Below are positions 35,801 to 50,010 of a DNA stretch of 64,000 bases, piece by piece. This DNA comes from Geosiphon pyriformis uo1 (Eukaryota; Fungi; Glomeromycota). The notes under the pieces are model-generated. The model worked only from the letters and a program-made list of their open reading frames with translations. It did not search any database and was not told the DNA's origin. Both the position numbers and the translations under genes were made by a program. The number at the start of each line of letters is the position of its first letter. Within the stretch, counting starts at the first letter, position 1. Location: the NCBI GenBank assembly GCA_016748015.1, contig JAAOMT010000503.1, positions 145,325 to 209,324 on the forward strand, read 5' to 3'.

Positions 35801-37538
35801 TAAGAATGCCATCCCATTTATATGGTTTGGGGATCATAGAAACCCAAGCTCTTTTCCAAAGGGCCAGAATCTCACTGATATTTAGGCAAAAATTTAAGAG
35901 ACCCAATAAACACTTAAGCATATCATTACTACAATGTTTCCATAGCTCATTAGAGATACCAGACAAGCCAGCTGCTTTGCCATCAGATAGGTCCAAAATC
36001 ACATTCACTAATTCACTGAAATGGATGTCATTTATAACATCAGAGAAGGCATTATCTTTCACATAATCCAAAGGCACGTATTGGTGGGCCCACCTGAAGG
36101 ACATCACTGAAGGTGAAATACGCTCCTTCATCCAGTTAACCATAATACTATTGACCCTGCTTTTCACCTTAATTGGATCCAAAACCAGTTTATTGGCTAT
36201 GACCAAGTGGTCCAAAACAACCTTATGAAAAGACTGCTCCAAAATACTTCTAATTATGTCCCCTTTGTTAGAACTGAAATTCTCTATGCATTTATTGATG
36301 GCACTCTGGATCGCTGTATTCCTCGCCACTCTGGATTTATAATACTTAGACTTCTTATAACACTTTCTAACCTAAAACAGATGCTTGAACACCTCCACCA
36401 AATCAGCCCCATTTTAAACCAAAAAATCAAACTTGAAAGTCTCTTTATAATCAACCAGAAACTACCTCTTGATTAGATGATCACACTTACACTTATCACT
36501 TGTATTCAAACTCTTGACAATCTTAGCCACCAATAACTCAAGTCTAAGGAACCTCGATGAATGTCTGTTTTTTGAACAGTCAAATTTGCTAAACCAGCGC
36601 TTAGAAAACATAGCATCAGCAGCTCTTACCATAATTCCACACAACACGTCCCATATCTCATCCAGATTACTGAGAACCTTAGCACTCAGAAAACTGCCTA
36701 TGACCAAAGAGAGAACAGCAGACACATTATCCTTAAACTGTAATTATTTGGAAGGATCAGCATCCTTAAAGTCAAACTTCCATCTGTTTCTGTTGGCCTG
36801 TTTGTGAATACTGTTTAGCTGAACATCAAGAAGACTCACCAATCCAATTAAAACTGAAATCATCTTATAATCCATATCAAAAAACTCCATAACTGCGCCA
36901 ATGTCCCACTTCATTAGAACAGAAACCAAGTTTTCACTGACAAAAATATAATCAATAACTTTTTCCACATCTTTGGAGTTGTTCCATGTAGGTGAACTAG
37001 CCAAAAAATGTTCTTTAAAAGAGTTAACAAGACCCAGATCTGCACATTTTCTGAAACTAACACTTTTCTTGGTATCTAATTCATTGAAGTCTCCACCCAA
37101 GATAACAAAAGAGCTTAAGTTGATAGCACTAGTGATTAAAGAGTTGACAGCAAAAGCCTGACCAAATTGCACACCAGCAGACACATCTGCATAGATACCC
37201 AAGATTGTAACCAAAAGTTTGCCCTTAAATAAGAGGCTAATTGAAATCAACTGACCAGGAATTTCATCAATTTTTGAAACATGCCGAACCACAGAAGAGT
37301 TTATAATAACAGCCACGCCAGCACCAAAAGAACCTGTATCAAGCTCTGATGTGAAAATGCAAACACCAGGGAACTTATTCATGATCCACGGCTTAACACC
37401 AGATTTTAACTTTGTCTCCGTAATGATAAAAATGTCATTTCCAGAGTCCATGTGCCATCTAACTACATTGTCCTGTTTGGCAGGAATGTTCATGCCTCTC
37501 ACATTACATGTCGTAATTCTCCAAACCAAACTGTTCAT
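32853..37538 (-). pseudogene. LINE-2 ORF2 (APE endonuclease, RT, RNase H, C-terminal CCHC)
   Basis: TCNVRG/ITETKL/GDFN/IDYIF; KAAGLSGI, RPIALI, GLNQGEVFS, AFV[D>N]DT, YLGI; VYTDGS, AEL, DSQ, KVKGH; CLMCGDVELSDHVFTC. Confidence 0.93.
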
Positions 37539-39349
37539 TGAAATAAAGAAGAGACTGCAGAACCTGAACCAGCACACATCTGATCTAACTTTTCCAATAC
37601 TGAACAAACCAAAGCTTCGAGAGCCATCAACTTTGACTGCAAACAGCCCACTTTTGAAGTCAAAATTTTTGAATCATTTGAACCCAAATTCAAGACACCA
37701 GAAGAAACTGAAGAGGGAGGAAGAACCACAGACTTAGAATTATCCAGAACCATATCTAAACCAAATTCCACATTTGCCATAACAGAGATAACCAAGGGCT
37801 GAGAAGAGGAGGCAAGAGTCATGAGCACCAGATTTAAATTGTTAAGTTTGTTTACAATACCAGACACTTTATCTGTGAGAAGTTCTAAAAAACACTCCAA
37901 AGAAGCGAGACAAGTCTCCAAAATTGAATAAACAGAAACCACAAGAGACAAATGACCAACCACATCTGAGACACCAGAAGAGGAGCCAAAACCAGAACCA
38001 AAACCATTAGACGAAGATACCAGAGAGACAACCTGGGCCCATAATTTGCCACCAAATACAGCTGGTCAAGAAATAGGCACACTCTTTTTCACATACAGCT
38101 TGGCCAACTAGAGATAGTTCTTATTAGAAACAACCCTTTTAAATAACTTGGACAGTTTAGGAGAAGTTGAAATCTCAGCATCACACTCTAGAACAGAATG
38201 ACCAAGTTTTCCATACCGTTCACACTGAACCAGGTCCAATCTAGCCCAAAAAAGTCTCACCTCACCAAAAATAGGCTCCATACAAAATGCAGACTCTAAT
38301 GCCTCATTATTTTCAACAAATCATAGCACAACAAACTCTATTGCCAGTGTCTAAGGATCAATTTATGACACAAGTTTTTCCATTAGCTCCTGCCAAAAGA
38401 TTACCAAGATCATGAGCTGTTGTTCCCACCAGCAAAGTAAACAAAAGTGCCTTATACCAATCTCTAGATGCCCATGTCTCACAATCTCCCACAGTCTTGG
38501 CCATGCGCACTGAATTTTTTCTGATCAAGAAAGACCACTTAGCTGCCAACTGATTTCCCTGACTCGATTTGGCAAACTACCAAACTCGGATACTACAGTG
38601 ATGATCATGTCCTTAGGCATATTCATGGGAATTTCTTTGATCACTACAGCCCAATCTGAGTGAAGCTCTTGTTTTCTTACATCATTGTTTATAATGATCT
38701 TTTCTTTTTTGGCCAATAATACAGCTTTCCTCATGCTCTTCTCAGAAGTAAATGTCAATCAGATGATCTTTTCAAATTTTGAGGGGGTAGTGGTTCCCCC
38801 AAAACCATTGATTTTTGAAAAAATTTTTCTGATGAACTGAGTTTTTTGCATAGCCGATTTCTCTTCCATAGCCAAAAGATTGATGTCTAAAGCAAATGAT
38901 TTCTTAACTGACACCTTCACAAAAGTTTTGATGACCTTGGAATCAATCTAAATCTTATCCAAAGAAACCTTTTTCCTAAGAGGAAGCAGAAAGGGCTCCA
39001 CCTTTTCATCCATTTCAAAGTCAGGAGAACCAATAGAAGAACCAAAATTCACACCAGTATTCACATGTTTAGCCTTGGAAGTATTAACAGCCGAGTTCAA
39101 GAGAGAACCATCAAAACCACCAAACATATTAACATTTTCATCATCCCCAAATAGGCTCTCCACATCAAAATATACACTAGCACCAGAATCAAACTTCAAA
39201 AAAATATCCTTTTTATCACCAGAGTGTTTAATATTTCCAAGAGAAGCCTTCTTTTTTTGTAAAAATGAACCACCAGCAGGACTGTGAAACATGCCCTTAG
39301 AAGTCTTCTTATTAGACATGCTGCCATTAAAGACAGCCTCCAAATCCAT
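37535..39349 (-). pseudogene. LINE-2 ORF1
   Basis: Homologous to LINE-1 and LINE-3 ORF1; the stop overlaps the ORF2 start (ATGA). Confidence 0.88.
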
Positions 39350-40277
39350 AACAAAAGAATTGTTAGTTAAAGAAATGTTAATATATTATTAATAAGAAAA
39401 ACAAAAAACTTCTTTTTCAGAAAATAACTCATTGGGGATTTTTGGAGGTAAGAAGGAAAGAAGTTTTTTTTTATTTATTATTAATTATAAAATAATTTAA
39501 AATTATTTTTTAAAATATTTTTGATTATATAATTTTTATTATTATTAAAATTTTAAAATTATGTCTTTATAAACACTTTTTTAATTAAATTATATATAAT
39601 TTTATAAATAGATTTTTATATTTTTTTATATTTTTATATTTTGTTTTTAACTAAAAACATTTTTAAATTAATTTTACTTAATATTATTCATATTTTTAAA
39701 ATTTTATTTTTATTAGTTTTTGTTTGTTTATTTTTATAAAATAATTAATTGTATATTCAAAAAATTAATTAGATATATTAAAATAAAAATAGTTTAATAA
39801 TTAATATTAAAAAACTTTTTTATATTCAAAATTTTTTAATTGATCACAATATTAATAAATAAAACAAAAAAAAATATAATTAATTATTTTTAAGTTTTTC
39901 TAAATAATTGTTTTAATTATTAAACTATTTACTAAAAAGTTAACCAAATTAAAATTTAATTATTTTTTAAAACCAATGTACTTTTTAAATCTGTTTTTAT
40001 TAAAATTATTATTTAAAATTACAAAAAAATTCTTATTTATAGTTTTAATTATTTATAAATTAATATTATAAACTTAAGCTATTTGTGTTTTTATAAAAAT
40101 ATTAATATAAAGCTTTAAAATTAAAACAAAAAATTTATTTTTAAATAGTAATTTAATTAATAATTTTAAAAACTTTGCAAATATATTAAAACAAATTATT
40201 ATTTATTATAATTACAATATTAAAACTTAATAACCATAATCCAAATTAAAAATAAAAATTTTTATGTTATTAAACTT

Positions 40278-40278
<1 letters not shown>

Positions 40279-40338
<60 letters not shown>

Positions 40339-41897
40339 TTTTTTTTGGATTTTGGTTTGTNNNNNNNNNNNNNNNNNNNNTTTTTTTTTTTTTTTTTTTA
40401 TTGCTTAACAAGTGAGGCCCAAACACTATCTAGTGCTATACATCAAAAAATTGATCTAAACTAGGTGTGAATCATGCATTTTTTACATATGACCAGCCAT
40501 TTGAGCCAATCAGAACAACACTATGCATCTATATGAACTGATACTGAATTACCTACACCTGAAAAAAACAAACAGGACTTGCGAAAACCAAAATGAACAC
40601 TCAAAGCATCAGTGATACCAAGTAATTTAACCACTCTTGCAGAAAACCTTGAAGCCAAATCATGAACTGAGATAACAGCCGAACCATCCGGTGAGATCAA
40701 TCCATTCTTTTCCATATAAGCACGATGCTTAGCATGAACTGACCAGACATTTTCCCTAAAAGCAAGACCAAGAAAACGCACAAACTTGACAATCTCTAAA
40801 ACTGTAATTTTGGGGTTGTGAAAGATGCAAACAGTCTCACAAAACCAACCATTGAAAACAAAGTCTTTAAAAAAAGCCATGAACATGGAGGAATCAGATA
40901 CACAGAATGACAACAAATGTAAAATATCCGAAGAGAAAAAAGAGAAACCAGAAAGCATCTTCCAGACTCCTACATGAGAATTCAGCAACTGATGTCAAGT
41001 AAATTCATCAATTTTGCAAAAGAATACATGATCCAACACCTCTATCTCACCACAATATAAGCATAACACACTAGGATAATGTCTATTATAAAGGCATTTT
41101 CATACAGCAACTGGCAGCCAATAGTGCAGAGCCTTCATAAAGTAAGTGCGCACACTGGCCGAAGGCCTGCTGATAAAACCCATAGCCATGTGCAAGTCAA
41201 GATGCCATACCAATGATGAGTGGAGCCAATCAACCTCGAAAAACAGATGTCCCACCAAAACCTCAGAACCAGAACCAACCTCCTAGTGTGCATGACAAAC
41301 AGAACGATAAATATCACGAATAAAATGTCTTGCATTCCCAGAAACAACACCACCATTAGCTGTCAAGAAATGTTTACTCAAGCAAAAGGGAAGATACCAC
41401 TTGGAGAAAGAAGTGGCACCAGCAATTTTATCAGCACGCTCGTTCCCCAGAACACCAGAATGACTTTTTACCTTGTAAAAACTAACCTCCAAACTCTTAC
41501 TGCAAATCAAGTTGACAATATGATGATGTTCAACCCAACACTAATTATGAAAATCAGGACACACCAGACTCAACTCTGACCTGCAAGCATCTAAAGCTGA
41601 TTGACTATCTGAAAACAAACGGACAGAACTTGACAAGGGAACACATTCCAGAGCCAAGGCAATAGCCTGCAACTTTGCCAAAGTAGACGACATCAAACCT
41701 GACACATTAACACCCAAATCCACGCCAATGTCCTCAAAAAAAACAGCAGTGCCAGCTTTACAGCCAACTGTGCCAAGATTACTAAGGGACCCATCCATAT
41801 AAACTGACAAACTGTTAGCACCAGTTGCCAGGAGACAATCACAAACAAGCACATATTCACTGAATTCAAGAATGTTTAAAGAGCCACTGTTACCCAA
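40279..41897 (-). mobile_element. LINE-4, 5'-truncated copy (RNase H, Zn knuckle, 3' UTR, long poly(A))
   Basis: VYMDGSL...AKLQAI...SDSQ...KVKSHSGVLGNERAD; ORF2 stop at 40521; T tract 40279..40399 spanning a 20-N gap. Confidence 0.9.
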
Positions 41898-42244
41898 ATG
41901 TTTTTAATTTAAATTTTAATATAACTTCTTAATTTGATTTTAATAATAATTGTTTATATTTTTGTGTTATCTTATAATGTTTTTTTGCTTTATAAATTTT
42001 TAATTTATATATTATATATAACAATTTTTTAAATTAAACTAATTATTAAAAAAAATATATGTAGTTTGTTTTCAAAAAACAACTTATTAAGTTTTAATAT
42101 TATAATATTTTTTTAATAATATTATTATTTATCAAGTGAGATCCAAACACTACCTAGTGCTATACATTAAGAAAATAATCTAAACTAGGCATGAATCATG
42201 CACTTTCTACATATAACCAGTCACTTGGACTGATCAGAACAATA

Positions 42245-43707
42245 CTATGCAGTTATATAAACTGAGATCACATTATTTATATCTGAAAAAAATGAGCAAA
42301 ATTTGTGAAACCCAAAACAAACACCAAAAGCTTTGGCAATGCCAAGCAATTTAATCACACCAGTTGAAAACCCTGACACCAAACCAGAAATCGATACAAA
42401 AGCTGAATCATCCAATAGAATCAATCTAGTTTTCTCCATATAGGCATGATATTTAGCATGAACCATCCAAATATTATCTCTAAAAGCAAGACCAAGAGAG
42501 TGCACAAATTTGACAACCTCTAAACTGGCAATTTTGGGGTCATGAAAGACAGAAACGGTCTCATGAAACCAATCATTAAAAACAAAACCCTTATAGAAAG
42601 CCATGGACATAGAAAAATCAGAAACACAAGATAACAACAGCTGCAGCATACTTGAAGAAGAGTAAGAGAAACCAGAAAGAGCTTTCCATGAAGTCACATA
42701 AAATTCTAATATTTGATGTTTAGTAGAATCATCAATTTTACAAAAAAACACATGGTCTGACACTTTTACATTATCACAATACAAACACAACACACTGAGA
42801 TAATGTTTATTATACAGACAGTTCTAAATGATAACAGGCAGTTGATGATGCAAGGCCTTTATAAAATAAGTGCAAGCACTAGCCAAGGGCTTGTTAGTAA
42901 AACCAGCAGCCATGTGCAAATCAGGATGCCATACCAGTGACAAATGGATCCAATCAACCTCAGAAAGCAAATTATTTGTCAAAAACTTGGAACCAGAACC
43001 AACCTTCCAACATGCATAACAAATGAAATGATAAACATTACATACAAAATGTCTAAAATTGCCAGAAACAACACTATCATTAGCCACTATAAAGCATTTA
43101 TCTAAACAAGGAGGAAGACGCCAACCAGAGAAAGAGGCAGTACCAGCAATCACATTAGCATGCTTATTCTCTGAAATGCCTGAGTGACTTTTTATCTTGT
43201 GCCAAATCACCCTCAAATTCTTGCTATGGATGACATTAACAATATGCTAATGTTTAACCCAACACTGATTGTGAAAGTCAGGACACATCAGACCCAATTC
43301 TGATTTACAAGCATCTAAAACAGATTGACTATCTGAAAACAAGTGAACAGAGCTAAATAAAAGAATGCATTTCAATGCCAATGCAATAGCCTGTAATTTT
43401 GCCATAGTTGATGACAACAATCTCAATACATTTATGCCCAAACTCAAATTAATGTTCTCAAAAAAGGCAGCAGTGCCAGTTTTACAGCCAATTGTGTCTA
43501 AATCTTTTAGAGACCCATCCATATATACAGATAAACTACTAGAACCAACCCAAGAAAGATGGTCACAAACAGACACAAAATCACCAGAGTCAAGAATATT
43601 CAAAAGACTAACTTCATTCAAAACCAAAAGATGAGCAGAAAAGAAAGCCACATCATTAAGAAACATTGCAGAAATCTTGAACTACTCAAGAACAAGACCA
43701 TGGGAAT
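42245..43707 (-). pseudogene. LINE-3 ORF2 C-terminal part (RNase H, Zn knuckle)
   Basis: VYMDGSL, SDSQ, KIKSHSG, CLYCDNVKVSDHVFFC. Confidence 0.9.
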
Positions 43708-44636
43708 TGTTATAGGTAATTATTTGGGGTTTCAAAGCAAATAACAAATCTGTAACTTGGTGCTTAATTGATGATGTTAGTAATGTCTGAAGATGTTTTA
43801 ATTAGAAGATTTTGATTGAAGTTCTTTGTATAATAGACAAAAATTCCTGTGTTATTTTTTCTATAGCTTCCTGAAATCACAATTCTGTCAATTTCTTTCT
43901 CAGTGTAGTAGTCAGTAATTCTTTGGTAAGCAATCCATAATTCTTACGCATTTTATCCACTCACAGAAGTTTTTTACTAGGCAATTCTTGACATCAATAC
44001 TTAGCGCTTTAATCCTTAATTAATTAATATACCCAACAAAATAAAAACAAAAAATAAAAGAGATAAAGAAAATAAAGACAATAAGTCAAGGCAATATAAG
44101 TTAGTATTCTGTCAATAGCTGTAATTAAGGGCTATTGTTTCTGCATGTTTTAAGTATCAATTACTATCACCATTTAGAGTTGATAGCAAACAACTGGATT
44201 TGAAATGCTGAATAAGTATATTTATTAATATTTTGGAATGCTATTGTTTCTAACTGGAGAATGGTAACTAAGGAATTTTTTTTTTTCTCCCTCTTCCTTC
44301 TGCCTTTAATGCTACTGCTATATATATATATTTCTAGTTTTACAGGATTGCTTTGGATCGTCTGTTTATTGCTTTGTTTTTCTTATGTTATAACTAATTA
44401 TCCTATATTATAACATGTTATCTGACATTATTACATGTTATTCTATGTTATCCCATGTTATAACACATTATTCTACATTATAACATGTTATCTTACATTA
44501 TAATGCGTTATTCAATGTTATAACGTATTATCCAACATTATTATGCACTATTCTGTGTCCTTTTATATTTCATCATGTTTTTTTTCAGGTTATATTTTTT
44601 TTTTTTCTTTAATAGACTTTCTTTCTTCAAGTAACA
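43708..44636 (-). repeat. 3' LTR of element D (20-bp repeat array at about 44385..44550)
   Basis: TGTTACTTGAAG after PPT AAAAAAGGAGAAGATAA on the minus strand. Confidence 0.94.
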
Positions 44637-44639
44637 TTA

Positions 44640-45500
44640 TCTTCTCCTTTTTTAATATTGAGCTCCTGCGAAATCAGTTATGTCTGTTGATAGAACTTTG
44701 TTCATGTAATGTTCAATGGTTATGTCGACTATGGCTTTTTGTAGATCTTCAAACTGTTAATTGGTCATTTATCCTATGTTGTTGACTGTTATCTTTTTCA
44801 AAGATCTATCCAATAGTACATTTGAACAATGTTGAAAAGTAACATATAATTAACATGCTGTCTTGTAGTATAGTGTCAGGTTGTTCCTTCCTACAAATTT
44901 TTCTACTTGTCGCATTGCTTCTTTGTTGAAAGTTTTCTGGTTGTAGTCTCTGTATGGGTTTTCTAAGTCTAGTTGTTCTCCAATTTTGTAAAACCAATTT
45001 ATTGGAGGAAGTTTTTCTTTCTACTCTTGAGCATTATCTAGTGTCCACTCCCCTGTTTCAGGGAGTTTGGTCTCACAAGCTAAAGATTTTTTAATTTTTT
45101 CTAGTTCGAAAGCCAAGTATGTTGTATATAATTGTTTTTGTCTTCTATTTAATTTTTCTACTTCTTCTTCTTCCTCCCCTCCTTTTTTTTCACATCCCAC
45201 CTGAGAAGTATATTTAATTCCTTTTTGTAAAATTTTTTTCCCAGGCAGAGTGTAGAAATGGGAATGGTTAGTTCTAGTTGAACTCTCACTCATTCCTCTC
45301 TTCCTCTTATCTCTATATCTTATCTTTTTTTTATTGATTATAATTTTTATTTAAGATGTAGATTTTTGAATTTCATTAAATAATTGTTTAGATAATTTTA
45401 AAATTTTGTCTGAAAAGTCCATGTTTGAAATTTCTATCATTTTTTTCTTTGTGGTTTTAAGGCTTATATGTCCGTAATATCTGGATTTTGGCACATATGT
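44640..45500 (-). pseudogene. ORF3 of element D
   Basis: ...LPPINWFYKIGEQL...VEKFVGRNNLTLYYKTAC*LYVTFQHCSNVLL...ITVNNIG*MTN*QFEDL aligns by eye with ORF3 of B and C. Confidence 0.72.
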
Positions 45501-45502
45501 AA

Positions 45503-46860
45503 CTATGTCTTGATAATTATCATTGGTTCCATATCTTGTAGTATATCTTTTGGTCTGATTAATGGAATTTGTGCTTCTAGTTGTGGTTCCACTAATGTCA
45601 ATCTTTGTGTTTGATAAATTTTTAAACAATTTTCATGTGCTGTCCTTTTCAGAATTCTGTTTTCTAATCATAACTTGTAAATTCCGTTTCTTAAAATTTC
45701 ATGTATGTGAAATGTTCCATCCCATTTTGGATTAAACTTTTTATTCTACTGTTTTTTTGCTTTGGTATGATGTAATAGTACTTTGTCTCCAATCCTGAAT
45801 TTGACTGGTAGTTGGTTATTGTGTCTTTTTTTTTGTTTTTTTTGTGATTTTTGAATATTATCAGCTGCTCTTCACCATTTGTTTTCTAGTATTTCCATTA
45901 TGTCATATGTTCTTCTCAGCAATGTTTCTTGGAAATTGTCTTCTGTTATTGGTTCTATTGGATATGTATTGACCTCTATCTCAACTGGTAGTGTTGTTGT
46001 TCTACCATATATTAATTTAAATGGTGTTGCTTGTGTAGTATCTTGCTTTATTTTCTGATAAGCAAATAGTACTGATGGTATGAATAAGTCTTATTCATCC
46101 TGGTTTTCTTGGCTGATCTTGGCTATCACTTCACACAATGTTCTATTGAATCTTTCGACTAATCCATTGATTTGTGGATAATATGGTAATGATAATAGTC
46201 TCTTCATTCCAAATCTTTGACTCAGTTCTGTTAATGTTCTATTTACAAAGTGAGTTCCTTGGTCAGATAATAATTCTTTTGGACATTTGTGTCGACAAAT
46301 CAGATCTTGATGGACGAATTTGGCAATAGATTCTGCATCCATTCTTTGAATTGCTTTTGTTTCTAGCCATTTAGTGAGATAATCCATGGCTACTGTAATG
46401 TATCTGTTCTCTTTGCTAGTTATTGTTAATAGTTTGACTAAGTCAATTCCAATCCGCTTGAATGGTTGTCCTACTTTAATTGGTCTTAATGGCTCACTAA
46501 GTCTTGTTCCTCCTTTTCTCTGACAAGCATCACAATTTTGCATATATTGGATAATGTTTGGGTACATGGATGGCCAATAGTATTTATTTCTGATTCTTTC
46601 TATGGTTGCTTCTTTGTAAAAATGTCCTGCTGTTGGATCAGAATGCATGTTGAATAATATTGTTTCTTTCTCTGGTTCTGTGATTACTCTGGTTGGTTGA
46701 TCTGAATTCTTTCTGTTTTTCCAATAAAGTATATTTTGGTGAGTGATAAAATATTTGGACTGTTGTTTGATATGATTTTGTTCCTTTTGAGATAATTTTT
46801 CTTTGAACTGTTGGGTATTTATAAAATGTTGAAATTGTTGATATTTTTGTTTATTTATCT
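45503..46860 (-). pseudogene. Integrase of element D (separate ORF; start codon decayed to ATA)
   Basis: HSDPTAGH...CDAC; GIDLV; SDQGTHF; GLVERFNRTL. Confidence 0.92.
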
Positions 46861-46888
46861 TTTGTTATATTTTTGGGTTGAAGTGTTC

Positions 46889-48260
46889 TTAGATTTGTTT
46901 TATTCATGATAAACCATCGGCATTTCCATTTTTTTTTCTTTTTTTGTAGTGTATGGTATATTTAAATGTTGAAAGTTCTATTTTCCATCAAGTGTGACAA
47001 TTATCTCCAAATTTTTGCTTCTGAATTAAAGTCAATCCTTTATGATCAGTATATATGTTAAACTTTTGGCTTAAATATTTTTTCTATTTCATGACTGCCC
47101 AATAGATTGCTAAGTGTTCTAATGCTGGTATTCTATAGTTCTTTTTAGCTGAACTCAAACTTCGGCTGGTGTATGCTACTGGATGTTTTCTTCCATCCAG
47201 TCTTTTCTGCAATAGTATTGCTCCTAATGCTTGGTCTGATGTATTGGTGATAATAATGAATAGTTTATTGTGATCTGAATACATCAACACTAGAGCTTAA
47301 ATAAGCTTTTTTCTTAATATGTTGAAAGCTTTTTGCTGGTTTTCTGTTCATTTATACTTGATGTTTTTTGATTGAAGCTGGTGTAATGACTGGACCAGTT
47401 TAGAAAAATCTTTGATAAAGTGGCAATAATATCTGGCAAATCTTAAGAATGTTCTTAGTTCTGTTAAGTTGGTTGGTACTGGAAAGTTCTTGACTATTTC
47501 AATCTTGTCTGGATCCATTTTGATACTGTCTTTGCTCACATGTCCCAAAAACTTGAGTTTAGTTTTTCCAAAAAAATACTTGGTTGTATTTAATTTTAAT
47601 CCAGCTCTTCTTAGTCTTTCAAACACTTGTTGAAGATGATACAAATAATCATCAAATGTTTTGAAGAACACATTTATGTCATCTAAGTAAACAACTACTG
47701 ATTTCTATAGTAGTCTGGTGTAAACAATTTCCATTAGTCATTGGAAGATGGCTGGTGCATTCATTAAACCAAATGGCATTACTTCAAATTTGAAATTCCC
47801 TTCTTGCATTGTAAAAGCCATTTTCTCTTTATCTTCCGGTTTCATGGCTACTTGCCAGTAACTGCTGTCTAAGTCCAAAGTTGAGAACCATTTCTTTCCT
47901 CCAAAAGCATCAAACAGTTCTTGGATCTTTGAAGTCAGGTAGCTATCTCCTTTTGTTACTCCATTCAGTTTCTTGTAATTTACACAAAAGTGGATTTTCT
48001 TATTTTTTTTATGGACTAGTATTATTGGTGATGATTATGGGCTTATTGATGGCTGAATTAGCCCATTGTCACGCATCAGATTGATTTCTTGACAAATAAT
48101 TTCATGGCTGGCTGGTGGTACTCTATATACTTGTTGTTTTATTGGCATCACATCTCTAGTTTTAATCTAATGCTGGATGATATCAATATGGCCAAATTTA
48201 TTTTTGCTGGCAAAAATGTTATTAAAGTTGTTGAGTAACATCTTAAGCTGCATACATTAA
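46889..48260 (-). pseudogene. RT and RNase H of element D
   Basis: MPFGLMNAPA; VVVYLDDI (intact YLDD near 47680); LKFLGHV; ALGAILLQ; YTSRSL. Confidence 0.92.
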
Positions 48261-48399
48261 AATGGGTCTAAGTTTCCTATGTTCATTTGTTTCAATTGTT
48301 TTGATTGAAGCAGATAACATTTGTTTTGTCTGTAAATTGTTTATGACATGATATCCACATATCTACAAAGCTGTAAGAAATCCGGAATGGGATTTGGTG

Positions 48400-50010
48400 T
48401 CTGTTTTTCAACTTCAGTGCTTAAATACCCAATAGTGGTTCCTTTTGGTATTTCTATGACATTTTCTGTTGTGTTGTAGATGGAAATTTTGATATGTTTC
48501 TTGTTTTTGGCTGGTATGTAGAGATTGATAAGTCCAATTTCTCTTAATTTGCAAATGGTTGGTTCTGCTTCAAAAATTTGTGCCTGATTTTTTACTTTTT
48601 TTTCTATGGTTAACATATACTAGTCATATGGCAGAATGAAAATTGATTGACAGGTGGATATAATTTCTCTTTTGTCAATAACCTCTTCTTCTGCCATATT
48701 GACTGGTATATTTATTCTACCTATTGATCCAAATTCTTGTATCCTTCTAGCTGTAATTTTTAATTCTTTCCTGTTTCTTACTAATACTAATTGAGCTATT
48801 TTAACCAGAGGCAGGAATATTGCTTGTGCTATCTTTTTGTTTGGCTCTATGATATAAGCCTTTTCTGAATCATTTTATAGCATAGCAATAATATTTCTCA
48901 CATATTCGGCATCAATTATTCCTCCTCTGATACTGATTCTTTTTTTCGCTAAGCTATTTCTAGATACTAATTGAATTATTGTTGTTGTAAAGATTTCCAG
49001 TGCAATTTTGAGATCAATATAAGTGTATAAATGTGGTTCCAATTTGATGGCATCTTTTCCCAAATATCTCAGATCAAATTCTGCATCAGTATCATGTATG
49101 TGTTCTGGTATAATATCTTCATTGTTGTCACTGAACCATTTGAATTCCTGCTCCTTGGAGAGATCAAGAAGCACAATGTACTGTTTGAAGTCTGAATCTG
49201 AGTTTAAATTGCTGTTGTTATTGCTGTTGTCATTTTAAATGGAGCTGAAACCATTGTTGTTATTGTCATTGGGGTTTGAATCAGAATTAAAAGTTGAATC
49301 CAATTCTAATGTGCAGCTGCTGATTGGTTCTTCTTCTTTCAGGATCATGTAAATCTTGCATGGTGTTGAATTGTAGATGAGGTCACACTCATTACAATAC
49401 TAAAAGTCACATGAGATCAAACAGTGGTCATATAATCAGGTGTTTATTTCTTCCAGGTGCTGTTCTTGTTCTTTTTGAATAGGTGCTAAATTTTGGTAGT
49501 GTTCATAGAATTTCTCTGGGCCTGTCTCAATATCTAAAAAAGCATTGAGAATAAGAACAACTTTAACTGGTTCAGAGAAATTGTTCTTTATTTCTAAGAT
49601 CTCACTGGGTGAAGCATCTTCTATTTTGGCATTGGCCATTCTCCAGATCTTGTTTTTGTCATGTGAGTAACCATCTAGGCGAAAAATTGCTTAATACCAG
49701 GCTGCAGTTATTGGGATTCCTCGACTTATCCAGTTATTAATGAGAATTGTATATTGACATGATGTGTTACAGGTTCCTCCTCGACCAAGAATGTTGTTCC
49801 ATATCCCTTCGTCGAGCAGTTGTTTGCCACAAGTAAGACATAGTTTGTTGTCTCACTTGCCTTGGCATTTTGGGTAGCCATAGCATTTACGGTGACATGG
49901 TTTGCAATAGTAATGAGTTCGTGTCTAGTAGTCTTTGTTGGGTGCAACTCAAGCTCCCATAGAGAACAACTTTTTCCTGTAGTCTTTGCACTAGAGTGAG
50001 ATATAAGATG
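48400..50010 (-). pseudogene. Cys-rich domain, dUTPase and degenerate dUTPase-like segment of element D
   Basis: YYCKPC, CLTCGKQL, TCNTSCQY, YCNECDL; DAEFDLRY, SRNSLAKK, GGIIDAEY; ISIYNTTENVIEIPKGTTIGYL. Confidence 0.82.

Larger units (their letters stand above)
32703..39465 (-). mobile_element. LINE-2, full-length non-LTR retrotransposon with RNase H; (TAA)n tail
   Basis: 5' UTR, ORF1, ORF2 (APE-RT-RNase H-Zn knuckle), 3' UTR and tail all present in order. Confidence 0.95.

Noticed and set aside
32703-39465. Target-site duplications for the LINE and HAL-like elements
   Set aside because: Flanks are too AT-rich and eroded for any convincing duplication to be read
40264-40464. Poly-Phe ORF
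   Set aside because: It is the reverse complement of the LINE-4 poly(A) tail plus a gap
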